Assembly (NCBI GenBank): GCA_030645615.1
Contig: JAUSNB010000063.1
Location: 22,716-86,715, forward strand
Direction: 5' to 3'
From: Actinomycetota bacterium
GTDB taxonomy: Bacteria; Actinomycetota; Actinomycetes; S36-B12
DNA length: 64,000 nucleotides
Shown here: piece by piece, positions 45,844 through 54,187 of the stretch
How the letters are laid out: every line of letters starts with the position of its first letter
Numbering within the stretch: the first letter of the stretch is position 1
Notes under the pieces: model-generated
The model's database searches: none
The model's input: the letters and a program-made list of their open reading frames with translations, nothing else
What the model was told of the DNA's origin: nothing
Translations under genes and position numbers: made by a program

Positions 45844-45875
45844 CAGAGTAGGGACACGGCGGCGGGTACGGAAGA

Positions 45876-47279
45876 ATGCCACGAGTGACGAGCGTGACGA
45901 TCCTGGGAGGCGGTCCGGGCGGTTACGAGGCTGCCCTCGTCGCCCGCCAGCTCGGTGCCGACGTCACCCTTGTCGACAGGGACGGCATCGGCGGCTCGGC
46001 CGTGCTGACCGACTGCGTGCCGAGCAAGGCGCTGATCTCCACCGCGAACGCCATCACGGCTGCGTCCAGCAGCGCGGACCTCGGCGTACGGATCAATGGC
46101 CAGGCCCCAGAGGCCGGCCTCATCGGCGTGAGCCTGGCCGAGGTCAACGGCCGGATCCAGCGGTTGGCGCGGGCGCAGAGCGACGACATCTCGGCGCGGC
46201 TCGATCGTGAGGGCGTGGTCGTCCTGCGCGGGACTGGTCGCCTGGCCCCGGACGGCAGCGTGGTCGTGTCTGGACCTGGCGGCGTCGAGACGTCCCTTGT
46301 GGCGGACGCCGTCCTCATCGCGACGGGCGCCCGGCCGCGCGTGCTGGAGGCCGCGGTGCCGGATGGCCAGCGGATCCTGACCTGGGAGCAGGTCTACGAC
46401 CTTCCTGACGTGCCCGAGCGGCTCATCGTCGTCGGCTCCGGGGTCACGGGCGCCGAGTTCGCCGGCGCCTACCACGCACTCGGGGCCAACGTCGTGCTCA
46501 TCTCCTCCCGCGCGCACGTGCTGCCCAGCGAGGATCCGGACGCGGCCGCCGTTCTCGAGGCCGTGTACGGGCGACGAGGGCTCGAAGTGCTGAGCCGCTC
46601 GCGTGCCGTGTCCGCGCGAAACACCGGCACAGGAGTCGAGGTCGAGCTCAGCGACGGCACGGTCGTGGTGGGATCTCATGTGCTCTTGGCTGTCGGCTCG
46701 TTGCCGAACACGGACAGCCTCGGCCTTGGCGAGGCCGGCATCGAGACGGACGAGCGCGGCTTCATCAAGGTCGATCGCGTCTCGCGCACATCACGTCGCG
46801 GTGTGTATGCAGCCGGCGACTGCACCGGAGTGCTCATGCTCGCCTCGGTCGCCGCCATGCAAGGACGCATCGCCATGTGGCACGCACTCGGCGACGCCGT
46901 CACACCCCTCGAGCTGACCACCGTGTCCAGCACGGTGTTCACCGATCCCGAGATCGCGACCGTCGGGCTGACCCAGGCCGACCTCGCGGACGGGGCCTTC
47001 CGTGGCGACGTCGTCACCGTCCCGCTCGCCACCAATGCGCGGGCGAAGATGGAAGGCCACACCGACGGGTTCGTCAAGTTGTTCTGCCGGCGAGGCTCGC
47101 GCATCGTGGCCGGCGCCGTCATCGTCAGCGCGCACGCAAGCGAGCTCATCCACCCCCTCACGATCGCGGTTGAGCAGCGGCTCACCGTCGACCAGCTCGC
47201 ATCGACGTTCACCGTGTATCCGAGCCTCAGCGGCTCGATTGCCGAGGCTGCCCGACGCCTCCACATCGCCGCGGAGTAG
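45876..47279 (+). CDS. lpdA: Class I pyridine nucleotide-disulfide oxidoreductase, LpdA (Rv3303c)-type NAD(P)H quinone reductase
   Basis: 467 aa. ILGGGPGGYEAAL, VVGSGVTGAEFA, YAAGDC and a dimerisation domain. The redox-centre region GGSAVLTDCVPSKAL has a single Cys instead of C-x4-C. Confidence 0.85.
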   Translation: MPRVTSVTILGGGPGGYEAALVARQLGADVTLVDRDGIGGSAVLTDCVPSKALISTANAITAASSSADLGVRINGQAPEAGLIGVSLAEVNGRIQRLARAQSDDISARLDREGVVVLRGTGRLAPDGSVVVSGPGGVETSLVADAVLIATGARPRVLEAAVPDGQRILTWEQVYDLPDVPERLIVVGSGVTGAEFAGAYHALGANVVLISSRAHVLPSEDPDAAAVLEAVYGRRGLEVLSRSRAVSARNTGTGVEVELSDGTVVVGSHVLLAVGSLPNTDSLGLGEAGIETDERGFIKVDRVSRTSRRGVYAAGDCTGVLMLASVAAMQGRIAMWHALGDAVTPLELTTVSSTVFTDPEIATVGLTQADLADGAFRGDVVTVPLATNARAKMEGHTDGFVKLFCRRGSRIVAGAVIVSAHASELIHPLTIAVEQRLTVDQLASTFTVYPSLSGSIAEAARRLHIAAE

Positions 47280-47295
47280 CGGCTAGGGTCATTGC

Positions 47296-48111
47296 GTGAC
47301 CGACCACGCCAGCACCATTGCTGCCGGCGCGCGCGCCGCGGAGGCAGCCGCCGTCCTCGCCGGGCTCTCCGGGTTGCCCCGTCACGACGTGGCCGTCGTC
47401 CTGGGATCGGGGTGGGTCCCGGCCGCCGACTTGCTCGGCGAGACGACGCTGGACCTCGCCAACACCGACCTGCCGCACTTCACCCCGCCGGCCGTGGCCG
47501 GTCATGCCGGACGGGTGCGCAGCGTCGAGGCCGACGGCATCCGGGTGCTGGTCTTCCTGGGCCGGACGCACCTGTACGAGGAGCACGGCGTCGATGCCGT
47601 GACACATGCCGTCCGGACTGCCTCCGCCGCTGGCTGCTCGACAGTCGTCCTCACGAACGGATGCGGAGGACTGGACCCGACGTGGCAGCCCGGCACGCCG
47701 GTGCTGATCAAGGACCACATCAACCTCACCGGGGCGTCGCCCTTGCACGGTGCCCACTTCGTGGACCTGACCGACCTGTACTCGGCCCGGCTGCGGGCCA
47801 TGTGCCAATCGGTCGAACCTGGGCTGGCTGAGGGGGTGTACGCCCAGTTCCGCGGTCCGATGTACGAGACACCCGCCGAGATCGGCATGGTCCGAGCTAT
47901 GGGCGGGACCCTCGTCGGCATGAGCACCGCGCTGGAGGCGATCGTGTGCCGGTCACTGGGCATGGAGGTGCTGGGCCTGTCCCTCGTCACCAACCTCGCC
48001 GCGGGCATGAGCGGCGCCCCCCTGAACCACGAGGAAGTGCTCGAGGCGGGCACGTCGGCGGCCACCCGCATGGGCTCCCTGCTCGCGAAGGTGATCCGCG
48101 AGCTGCGATGA
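47296..48111 (+). CDS. punA: Purine nucleoside phosphorylase (trimeric PunA type)
   Basis: 271 aa, GTG start. VVLGSGW, AGHAGR, FLGRTHLYEE, RGPMYETPAE, VGMSTALE, LVTNLAAG. Confidence 0.93.
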   Translation: MTDHASTIAAGARAAEAAAVLAGLSGLPRHDVAVVLGSGWVPAADLLGETTLDLANTDLPHFTPPAVAGHAGRVRSVEADGIRVLVFLGRTHLYEEHGVDAVTHAVRTASAAGCSTVVLTNGCGGLDPTWQPGTPVLIKDHINLTGASPLHGAHFVDLTDLYSARLRAMCQSVEPGLAEGVYAQFRGPMYETPAEIGMVRAMGGTLVGMSTALEAIVCRSLGMEVLGLSLVTNLAAGMSGAPLNHEEVLEAGTSAATRMGSLLAKVIRELR

Positions 48112-49763
48112 CCGATGTCCTGGACCAGGCGCGCGCGTGGGCGGCGAGCGACCCCGATCCCCAGACCCGCGAGGAACTGCTGGGCCTGATCGGTGCCGCC
48201 GAGTCCGGCGACGGGCCCGCGGCGGCCGAGGTCGCGGATGCTTTCGCGGGGACGCTTCAGTTCGGCACCGCGGGGCTGCGTGGACGCCTCGGACCTGGGC
48301 CCAACCGCATGAACATCGTCGTGGTGGCCCGGGCCGCGGCCGGGCTGGCCGCGTACCTGAACGAGTCCGGCGGCGGAGCCATCGTCATCGGCTACGACGC
48401 GCGGCGCAACTCCGAGGCATTCGCTCGCGCGACGGCGCAGATCATGGCCGGCGCTGGACTCGCTGCATACGTGCTCCCGCACCCGCTGCCGACACCCGTG
48501 CTCGCGTTCGCCATCCGGCGACTGGGCTGCGCAGCCGGCGTGATGGTCACCGCGAGCCACAACCCGCCCGAGGACAACGGGTACAAGGTCTACCTGGCCG
48601 ATGGCAGCCAGATCGTGCCGCCGGCCGATGCGCAGATCAGGGCGCACATCGACGCCGTGGCCGACCTGGGGCCCGTCGCCGGGCTGCCGCACGGCGATGA
48701 ATGGACCACGCTCGGGGACGACGTCGTCGATGACTATGTCGCGCGGGCCACGTCGCTGCTCGAGCCAGGCCCGCCATCGGAGCTGCTCGTCGGCTACACC
48801 GCCATGCACGGCGTGGGAGGCGAGGTCTTCCTGAAGGTCATGCGCGAGGCCGGCTTCCGTTCCCCCGTCGTCGTGACCGAGCAGTTCGACCCCGACCCGG
48901 CCTTCCCCACCGTCGCGTTTCCCAACCCGGAGGAACCGGGCGCCATGGACCTCGCCTTCGCGACGGCGCGTGCGTCCGGCGTCGACATCGTCATCGCGCA
49001 TGATCCCGATGCCGACCGGTGTGCCGTTGGCGTCCAAGGCCCTGCCGGATGGCGCATGCTCACCGGTGACGAGGTGGGCGCCCTCCTCGGCTGGTGGATC
49101 GCCTCGGGCAACCGACGCGTGGCCCGTCACGGCGTGTTCGCGCAGTCCATCGTGTCGGGGTCACTCCTGCAGTCCATCGCGGCCGACTTCCACATCGGAT
49201 ACGCGCAGACGCTCACGGGCTTCAAGTGGATCGCCCGGGTGCCCGACCTCATGTTCGGCTACGAGGAGGCCCTCGGCTACTGCGTGGACCCCAATGGCGT
49301 CCGCGACAAGGACGGAATCACGGCGGCGCTCATGGTCGTCGAGATGGCCTCGCGACTGCAGCAGAAAGGCCGCACGCTGCTCGACGTGCTCGACGACCTG
49401 GCCCATCTTCACGGCGTGCACGCGACAGCGCAGGTGTCCGTCCGGGTGACGCACATCGACCGGATAGGGGAGGTCATGCACGCCCTCCGGACCGACCCTC
49501 CTCGCGAGGTCGCCGGCCGGGCGGTCACGGGCTTCGCCGACCTAGGCCGGGGCGCCGAGGGGCTGCCGCCGACCGACGGCCTGCGCTTCACTCTCGATTC
49601 GGGCGCCCGCATCGTCGTGCGGCCGAGCGGGACGGAGCCCAAGGTGAAGTGCTACCTGCAGAGCGTGGTGCCGGTTCACGATCAGGACCTCGAGGGCGCA
49701 CGGGCGTCGGCCGACGCCGAGCTCGCCTTGCTCAAGGCCGCCGTGTCCGACTGGCTCTCGTGA
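48108..49763 (+). CDS. Phospho-sugar mutase (alpha-D-phosphohexomutase superfamily, PmmB-like; likely phosphopentomutase role)
   Basis: ATG 48108 overlaps the PNP stop (ATGA). FGTAGLRG, active-site Ser loop VTASHNPPEDNGYKV, metal loop AHDPDADR. Confidence 0.9.
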   Translation: MTDVLDQARAWAASDPDPQTREELLGLIGAAESGDGPAAAEVADAFAGTLQFGTAGLRGRLGPGPNRMNIVVVARAAAGLAAYLNESGGGAIVIGYDARRNSEAFARATAQIMAGAGLAAYVLPHPLPTPVLAFAIRRLGCAAGVMVTASHNPPEDNGYKVYLADGSQIVPPADAQIRAHIDAVADLGPVAGLPHGDEWTTLGDDVVDDYVARATSLLEPGPPSELLVGYTAMHGVGGEVFLKVMREAGFRSPVVVTEQFDPDPAFPTVAFPNPEEPGAMDLAFATARASGVDIVIAHDPDADRCAVGVQGPAGWRMLTGDEVGALLGWWIASGNRRVARHGVFAQSIVSGSLLQSIAADFHIGYAQTLTGFKWIARVPDLMFGYEEALGYCVDPNGVRDKDGITAALMVVEMASRLQQKGRTLLDVLDDLAHLHGVHATAQVSVRVTHIDRIGEVMHALRTDPPREVAGRAVTGFADLGRGAEGLPPTDGLRFTLDSGARIVVRPSGTEPKVKCYLQSVVPVHDQDLEGARASADAELALLKAAVSDWLS

Positions 49764-49808
49764 ACTCGTTCAGGCCGGCGCCAGTACCGCGCTGGCTAGA
49801 ATAGGCGG

Positions 49809-50738
49809 GTGACCGCAACGCTCCCCGATGCCAGCCCCGCTTCGCTGCGGCGCTTCCTGCACGGGCTGCCCGGCGTCGACGAGGTGGGCGCTCACGGCCG
49901 CGTGGCGATGCTGGGCACGCGCTCGATCAAGAACCAGGCCAAGGCATGGGCCATCGACCTGGCCATCCGCATGGTCGACCTGACGACCCTCGAGGGCATG
50001 GACACGCCCGGCAAGGTGCGTGCCCTGTGCGCCAAGGCGCTGCGGCCCGACCCCACCGATCCGACCACGCCCAGTGTCGCCGCCGTGTGCGTGTACGGCG
50101 ACCTCGTCCAGGTGGCCCGCGAGGTCGTCGGTGACCGGGTCCACGTCGCGGCCGTCGCGACCGCGTTCCCCTCAGGGCGGGCGAGCCTGGCCGTGAAGCT
50201 CATGGACACCCGCGAGGCCGTGGCGGCTGGTGCCGACGAGATCGACATGGTCATCGACCGCGGCGCCTTCCTCGCCGGCGACTTCGCGCTGGTCCACGAT
50301 GAGATCGTCGCCGTCAAGGACGCCTGCGGTCCGGCCCATCTCAAGGTGATCCTGGAGACCGGCGAGCTGCGCACGCTCGACAACGTCCGCCGCGCATCGT
50401 GGCTCGCGATGCTGGCCGGCGCGGACTTCATCAAGACGTCGACCGGCAAGGTCGTGCCGGCCGCGACTCCGCACGTGACCCTCGTGATGCTCGAGGCCGT
50501 GCGCGACTTCGAGCAGGCTACGGGGCGACGTGTGGGCGTCAAGGCCGCTGGCGGCATCCGCACCAGCAAGGACGCGATCAAGTACCTGGTCCTCGTCAAC
50601 GAGACCGTGGGCGACGCATGGCTGGACCCTGACCACTTTCGGTTCGGGGCATCTACTCTGCTCAACGACCTGCTGCAGCAACGGCAGCGCATGGCCACGG
50701 GCCACTACTCCGGCCCCGACTACGTCACGATCGACTAG
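49809..50738 (+). CDS. deoC: Deoxyribose-phosphate aldolase (long form)
   Basis: 309 aa, GTG start. EIDMVI, KVILETGEL, Schiff-base Lys region DFIKTSTGK, KAAGGIRT. Confidence 0.92.
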   Translation: MTATLPDASPASLRRFLHGLPGVDEVGAHGRVAMLGTRSIKNQAKAWAIDLAIRMVDLTTLEGMDTPGKVRALCAKALRPDPTDPTTPSVAAVCVYGDLVQVAREVVGDRVHVAAVATAFPSGRASLAVKLMDTREAVAAGADEIDMVIDRGAFLAGDFALVHDEIVAVKDACGPAHLKVILETGELRTLDNVRRASWLAMLAGADFIKTSTGKVVPAATPHVTLVMLEAVRDFEQATGRRVGVKAAGGIRTSKDAIKYLVLVNETVGDAWLDPDHFRFGASTLLNDLLQQRQRMATGHYSGPDYVTID

Positions 50739-50757
50739 CGCGAACGGATCCACGCTT

Positions 50758-52203
50758 ATGAGCTTCGAGTACGCCCCGGCACCCGAGTCCCGCGCCGTAG
50801 TCGACATCGCCTCGTCGTACGGCCTGTTCATCGATGGGCAGTTCACCGAACCCGCCGATGGCGGCACCTTCAAGACCGTCAACCCGGCCACTGAGGAAGT
50901 CCTCTCCGAGGTGTCGGAGGCGGGCGCCGACGATATCGACAGGGCCGTGCTCGCCGCCCGGCGTGCCTACGACGAGGTCTGGGGACCCATGAGCGGCCGG
51001 GAGCGGGCCAAGTACCTGTTCCGCATCGCCCGGCTGGTGCAGGAGCGTTCCCGCGAATTGGCCGTGCTGGAGACGCTCGACAACGGCAAGCCGATCCGTG
51101 AGTCCCGCGATGTCGACATCCCGCTCGTCGCCGCTCACTTCTTCTACCACGCTGGCTGGGCGGACAAGCTCGAGCACGCCGGCTACGGACCCGACCCGAG
51201 GCCGGTCGGCGTGGCCGCCCAGGTGATCCCGTGGAACTTCCCGCTGCTCATGCTCGCGTGGAAGATCGCGCCCGCTCTCGCGTGCGGCAACACCGTCATC
51301 CTGAAGCCGGCCGAGACGACCTCGCTCACGGCGCTTGCCTTTGCCGACATCTGCCGGCAGGCCGACCTCCCGCCTGGAGTCGTCAACATCGTCACGGGCG
51401 CCGGCGAGACCGGGCGCCTCCTGGTTGAGCATCCAGGGGTCGACAAGGTGGCCTTCACCGGCTCGACCGAGGTGGGCAAGGCGATTATGCGCTCGCTTGC
51501 GGGCAGCACGAAACGGCTCACGCTGGAACTCGGTGGCAAGGCTGCCAACATCCTGTTCGACGATGCCCCGATCGACCAGGCCGTCGAGGGCATCGTCAAC
51601 GGCATCTACTTCAACCAAGGGCATGTCTGCTGCGCCGGCTCACGCCTCCTGCTGCAGGAGTCAATCGCCGACGAGGCCATCGACTCGCTCAAGCGGCGGC
51701 TCGGCACGCTGCGCCTGGGCGACCCACTGGACAAGAACACCGACATCGGCGCGATCAACAGCGCGGAGCAGCTCGCCCGGATCGATTCCCTCGTGAAGTC
51801 CGGAGAGGACGAGGGGGCCGACCGTTGGAGCGCGCCATGCGACCTGCCCGAGCGCGGCTACTGGTTCCCGCCGACCGTCTTCACCGGCGTGACCCAGGCC
51901 CATCGCATCGCCCGCGAGGAGATCTTCGGGCCGGTTCTGTCGGTCCTGACCTTCCGGACACCCGACGAGGCCGTCGAGAAGGCCAATAACACCCCGTACG
52001 GCCTGTCTGCCGGGATCTGGACCGAGAAGGGCAGCCGCATCCTGTGGATGGCCGACCGGCTGCGCGCCGGCGTCGTCTGGGCGAACACGTTCAACCGCTT
52101 CGACCCGGCCAGCCCGTTCGGCGGCTACAAGGAGTCCGGCTTCGGCCGGGAGGGCGGCATCCAGGGCCTCGGGGCCTACCTCGATGCGGAGGCGGCATCA
52201 TGA
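50758..52203 (+). CDS. NAD(P)-dependent aldehyde dehydrogenase (full length)
   Basis: Track ORF trimmed to ATG 50758. VIPWNFPLLMLAWKIAPALACGNTVILKP, FTGSTEVGK, LELGGKAANILF (catalytic Glu), FNQGHVCCAGSRL (catalytic Cys), EEIFGPVL. Confidence 0.93.
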   Translation: MSFEYAPAPESRAVVDIASSYGLFIDGQFTEPADGGTFKTVNPATEEVLSEVSEAGADDIDRAVLAARRAYDEVWGPMSGRERAKYLFRIARLVQERSRELAVLETLDNGKPIRESRDVDIPLVAAHFFYHAGWADKLEHAGYGPDPRPVGVAAQVIPWNFPLLMLAWKIAPALACGNTVILKPAETTSLTALAFADICRQADLPPGVVNIVTGAGETGRLLVEHPGVDKVAFTGSTEVGKAIMRSLAGSTKRLTLELGGKAANILFDDAPIDQAVEGIVNGIYFNQGHVCCAGSRLLLQESIADEAIDSLKRRLGTLRLGDPLDKNTDIGAINSAEQLARIDSLVKSGEDEGADRWSAPCDLPERGYWFPPTVFTGVTQAHRIAREEIFGPVLSVLTFRTPDEAVEKANNTPYGLSAGIWTEKGSRILWMADRLRAGVVWANTFNRFDPASPFGGYKESGFGREGGIQGLGAYLDAEAAS

Positions 52204-53063
52204 GCGAGCGCATCGAGGTCCGCAAGACCTACAAGCTGTTCATCGGTGGTGCGTTCCCGCGGAGCGAGTCGGGCCGCAGCTACGAGGTCGCAGCCGCCGA
52301 CGGCACGTTCCTGGCCAACGCGGCAAAGGCCTCCCGCAAGGACGCCCGCGATGCCGTGCTCGCCGCCCGGAAGGGGTTCATCGCGTGGTCTGCGGCGACC
52401 GCGTACAACCGCGGCCAGGTGCTGTACCGGGTCGCGGAGGTCATGGAGGGCCGGCGCGGGCAATTCGCCGCGGACGTGCAGGCGGCCGAGGGGTGTGCTG
52501 CGCGGGACGCACAGGCGCAGGTCGACGCCGCCATCGACCGCTGGGTCTGGTACGCGGGCTGGACGGACAAGCTGGCCCAGGCGCTGGGATCAGCAAATCC
52601 GGTCGCCGGCCCGTACTTCAACTTCTCCCTCCCCGAGCCGACCGGCGTCGTGGCCGCGTCCGCTCCGCAGGACTCCAGCCTGCTGGGCCTGGTGAGCGTC
52701 GTCGCGCCCATCGTCGCCGCCGGCAACGCGGCCGTGGTGATCGCCAGCCACGGCCGGCCGCTGCCGGCAATCACCCTGACCGAGGTCCTCGCCACGTCCG
52801 ACGTCCCGGCCGGCACGATCAATGTCCTGACCGGAGACCCGGCCGAGTCCATGCCGTGGCTGGCCAGCCACGCCGACGTGAATGCGCTCGACCTCACCGG
52901 GATCGTGGACCCCGAGCTCGCCGCGACCCTCGAGCGCGATGCCGCCGGAACCGTCAAGCGAGTGCGGCGCCCGGAGCGACCCGACTGGTACGGCACTCCC
53001 TCCCTGTCTCGGCTCCGGGGGGTGCTCGAGACGAAGACCGTCTGGCACCCGCTGGGCGTCTAG
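52200..53063 (+). CDS. Aldehyde dehydrogenase-like protein lacking the catalytic domain (287 aa)
   Basis: ATG 52200 overlaps the upstream ALDH stop (ATGA). The N-terminal part is ALDH-like (YKLFIGGAFPRSESGRSYEV.., RGQVLYRVAEVMEGRRGQFA, VVAPIVAAGNAAVVIAS, NVLTGDPAES..ADVNALDLTG) and it has a C-terminal ETKTVWHPLGV strand. It has no ELGGK or catalytic-Cys block. Confidence 0.8.
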   Translation: MSERIEVRKTYKLFIGGAFPRSESGRSYEVAAADGTFLANAAKASRKDARDAVLAARKGFIAWSAATAYNRGQVLYRVAEVMEGRRGQFAADVQAAEGCAARDAQAQVDAAIDRWVWYAGWTDKLAQALGSANPVAGPYFNFSLPEPTGVVAASAPQDSSLLGLVSVVAPIVAAGNAAVVIASHGRPLPAITLTEVLATSDVPAGTINVLTGDPAESMPWLASHADVNALDLTGIVDPELAATLERDAAGTVKRVRRPERPDWYGTPSLSRLRGVLETKTVWHPLGV

Positions 53064-53147
53064 GCCATCGACACGGAGGCGCTCGCCGACGCGGACGGCC
53101 CGGTCCTGGCGTACCGCAGGGCGGAGAAGCGACCTGACGATGGCGGC

Positions 53148-53834
53148 ATGCCGAAGGCTGACCTTGCCAGCGTCTGCCCGGGCCGCGCGGCCGACGATGC
53201 GGCTGCCGCGGCCATCACCGATCTGGCCGGCTGGCGGCTCAGCACCGGCGACGACACGCTCGCCGAGGGGCTGGTGGCCGCCGGGGCACAGGTCGAGCGA
53301 CGCGCCCACGTCCTGCGCCGTGACCTGAGCGGACCCGCCGGCGACGAGCCGAGCCTGGCGCCCTTCACGCCGCGTCCGGTTCCCCTCGACCGCGACCGGC
53401 TCGCCTGGGAACCGATCCTGCCGAGCTGGCATGCGGCCTTCCCGCCCGGACATCCTGACCACCTCGCCATCGACGAGGAGCAGTCGATCGAGTTCTTCAT
53501 GCGGCTGGTGGACGGCTCCGACATGGGGGTGCTGCACCGGTCTGCGTGCGTGGTGGCTGACCCGTCGGGCCACGTCGTCGCCGGGATCATGGTCAACATC
53601 CGCCCGGACCCCCCGCCTTGGGGCGGCGCCTGGATCGCCGACATCTGGCGCGACCCGTCGCTGCACGGCAGCGGCCTGGGCTCGCGGCTCATGGGGCGCG
53701 CGATGCACCAGTTGGCGCAGGACGGGCTGCCCTCGCTGACCCTCGCCGTGACCCACGGAAACGACGCCGCGCTCGCCTACGAACGCTTGGGCTTTCGCGC
53801 CGTGACGAACTGGACCACCGTCCGGATCCCCTGA
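53148..53834 (+). CDS. GNAT family N-acetyltransferase with N-terminal extension
   Basis: 228 aa. The C-terminal GNAT core shows VVAGIMVNI.., IADIWRDPSLHGSGLGSRLMGRAM (acetyl-CoA loop) and YERLGFR. Confidence 0.75.
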   Translation: MPKADLASVCPGRAADDAAAAAITDLAGWRLSTGDDTLAEGLVAAGAQVERRAHVLRRDLSGPAGDEPSLAPFTPRPVPLDRDRLAWEPILPSWHAAFPPGHPDHLAIDEEQSIEFFMRLVDGSDMGVLHRSACVVADPSGHVVAGIMVNIRPDPPPWGGAWIADIWRDPSLHGSGLGSRLMGRAMHQLAQDGLPSLTLAVTHGNDAALAYERLGFRAVTNWTTVRIP

Positions 53835-53846
53835 CCCGCTCGCGAG

Positions 53847-53904
53847 CTTGAGGTTGGCGCCCCCGGACGGCGGCGGAAGCCACGCCAACCTCAAGGTCGG
53901 CGGG
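53847..53904. repeat. Palindromic intergenic element, family 2, copy 2
   Basis: CTTGAGGTTGGCG (53847-53859), a 23-nt loop, then CGCCAACCTCAAG (53883-53895), followed by GTCGGCGGG. The 21-nt right half GCCAACCTCAAGGTCGGCGGG is identical to copy 1. It lies between convergent stops at 53834 and 53914. Confidence 0.85.
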
Positions 53905-53913
53905 ACGTAGAGG

Positions 53914-54186
53914 CTAGGCGTCGAGGCCGTCCGCCGCCTCGCGCTGGCTGCGACGCCGGATCACGATGAAGGCCACCGCACCCACGACCGCCACGCCGAG
54001 GGCCACCGCAAGGACCGGGCCCCACCGGCGACTGGACACGATCGCTGCCTCGGCCCGCTCGAGGGTGCCGTCCGCCACGGCGAGGACCGCATCCGTGCGG
54101 TCGAGGGCGACGCGGGCTCGGTCGAGCTCGGTCCGCAGCTCGTTCACCCGCTCCTGCCCTGTCTCGACCACGTCGAGCAATGCCAT
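53914..54186 (-). CDS. Small coiled-coil protein with C-terminal TM anchor (hypothetical)
   Basis: 90 aa. LLDVVETGQERVNELRTELDRARVALDRTDAVLAVADGTLERAEAAI, then WGPVLAVALGVAVVGAVAFIVIRRR. The ATG lies 1 nt after the add stop codon, which suggests co-transcription. Confidence 0.55.
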   Translation of the reverse strand: MALLDVVETGQERVNELRTELDRARVALDRTDAVLAVADGTLERAEAAIVSSRRWGPVLAVALGVAVVGAVAFIVIRRRSQREAADGLDA

Positions 54187-54187
54187 G

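Noticed and set aside
47502-49130. A 542-aa minus-strand ORF opposite the PNP and phosphomutase genes. Similar cases are 5584..7116 minus, 55443..57128 plus, 56965..58635 plus, 52590..53894 minus and 41464..43191 minus.
   Set aside because: These are antisense shadow ORFs with junk composition, opposite genes that carry strong catalytic motifs.
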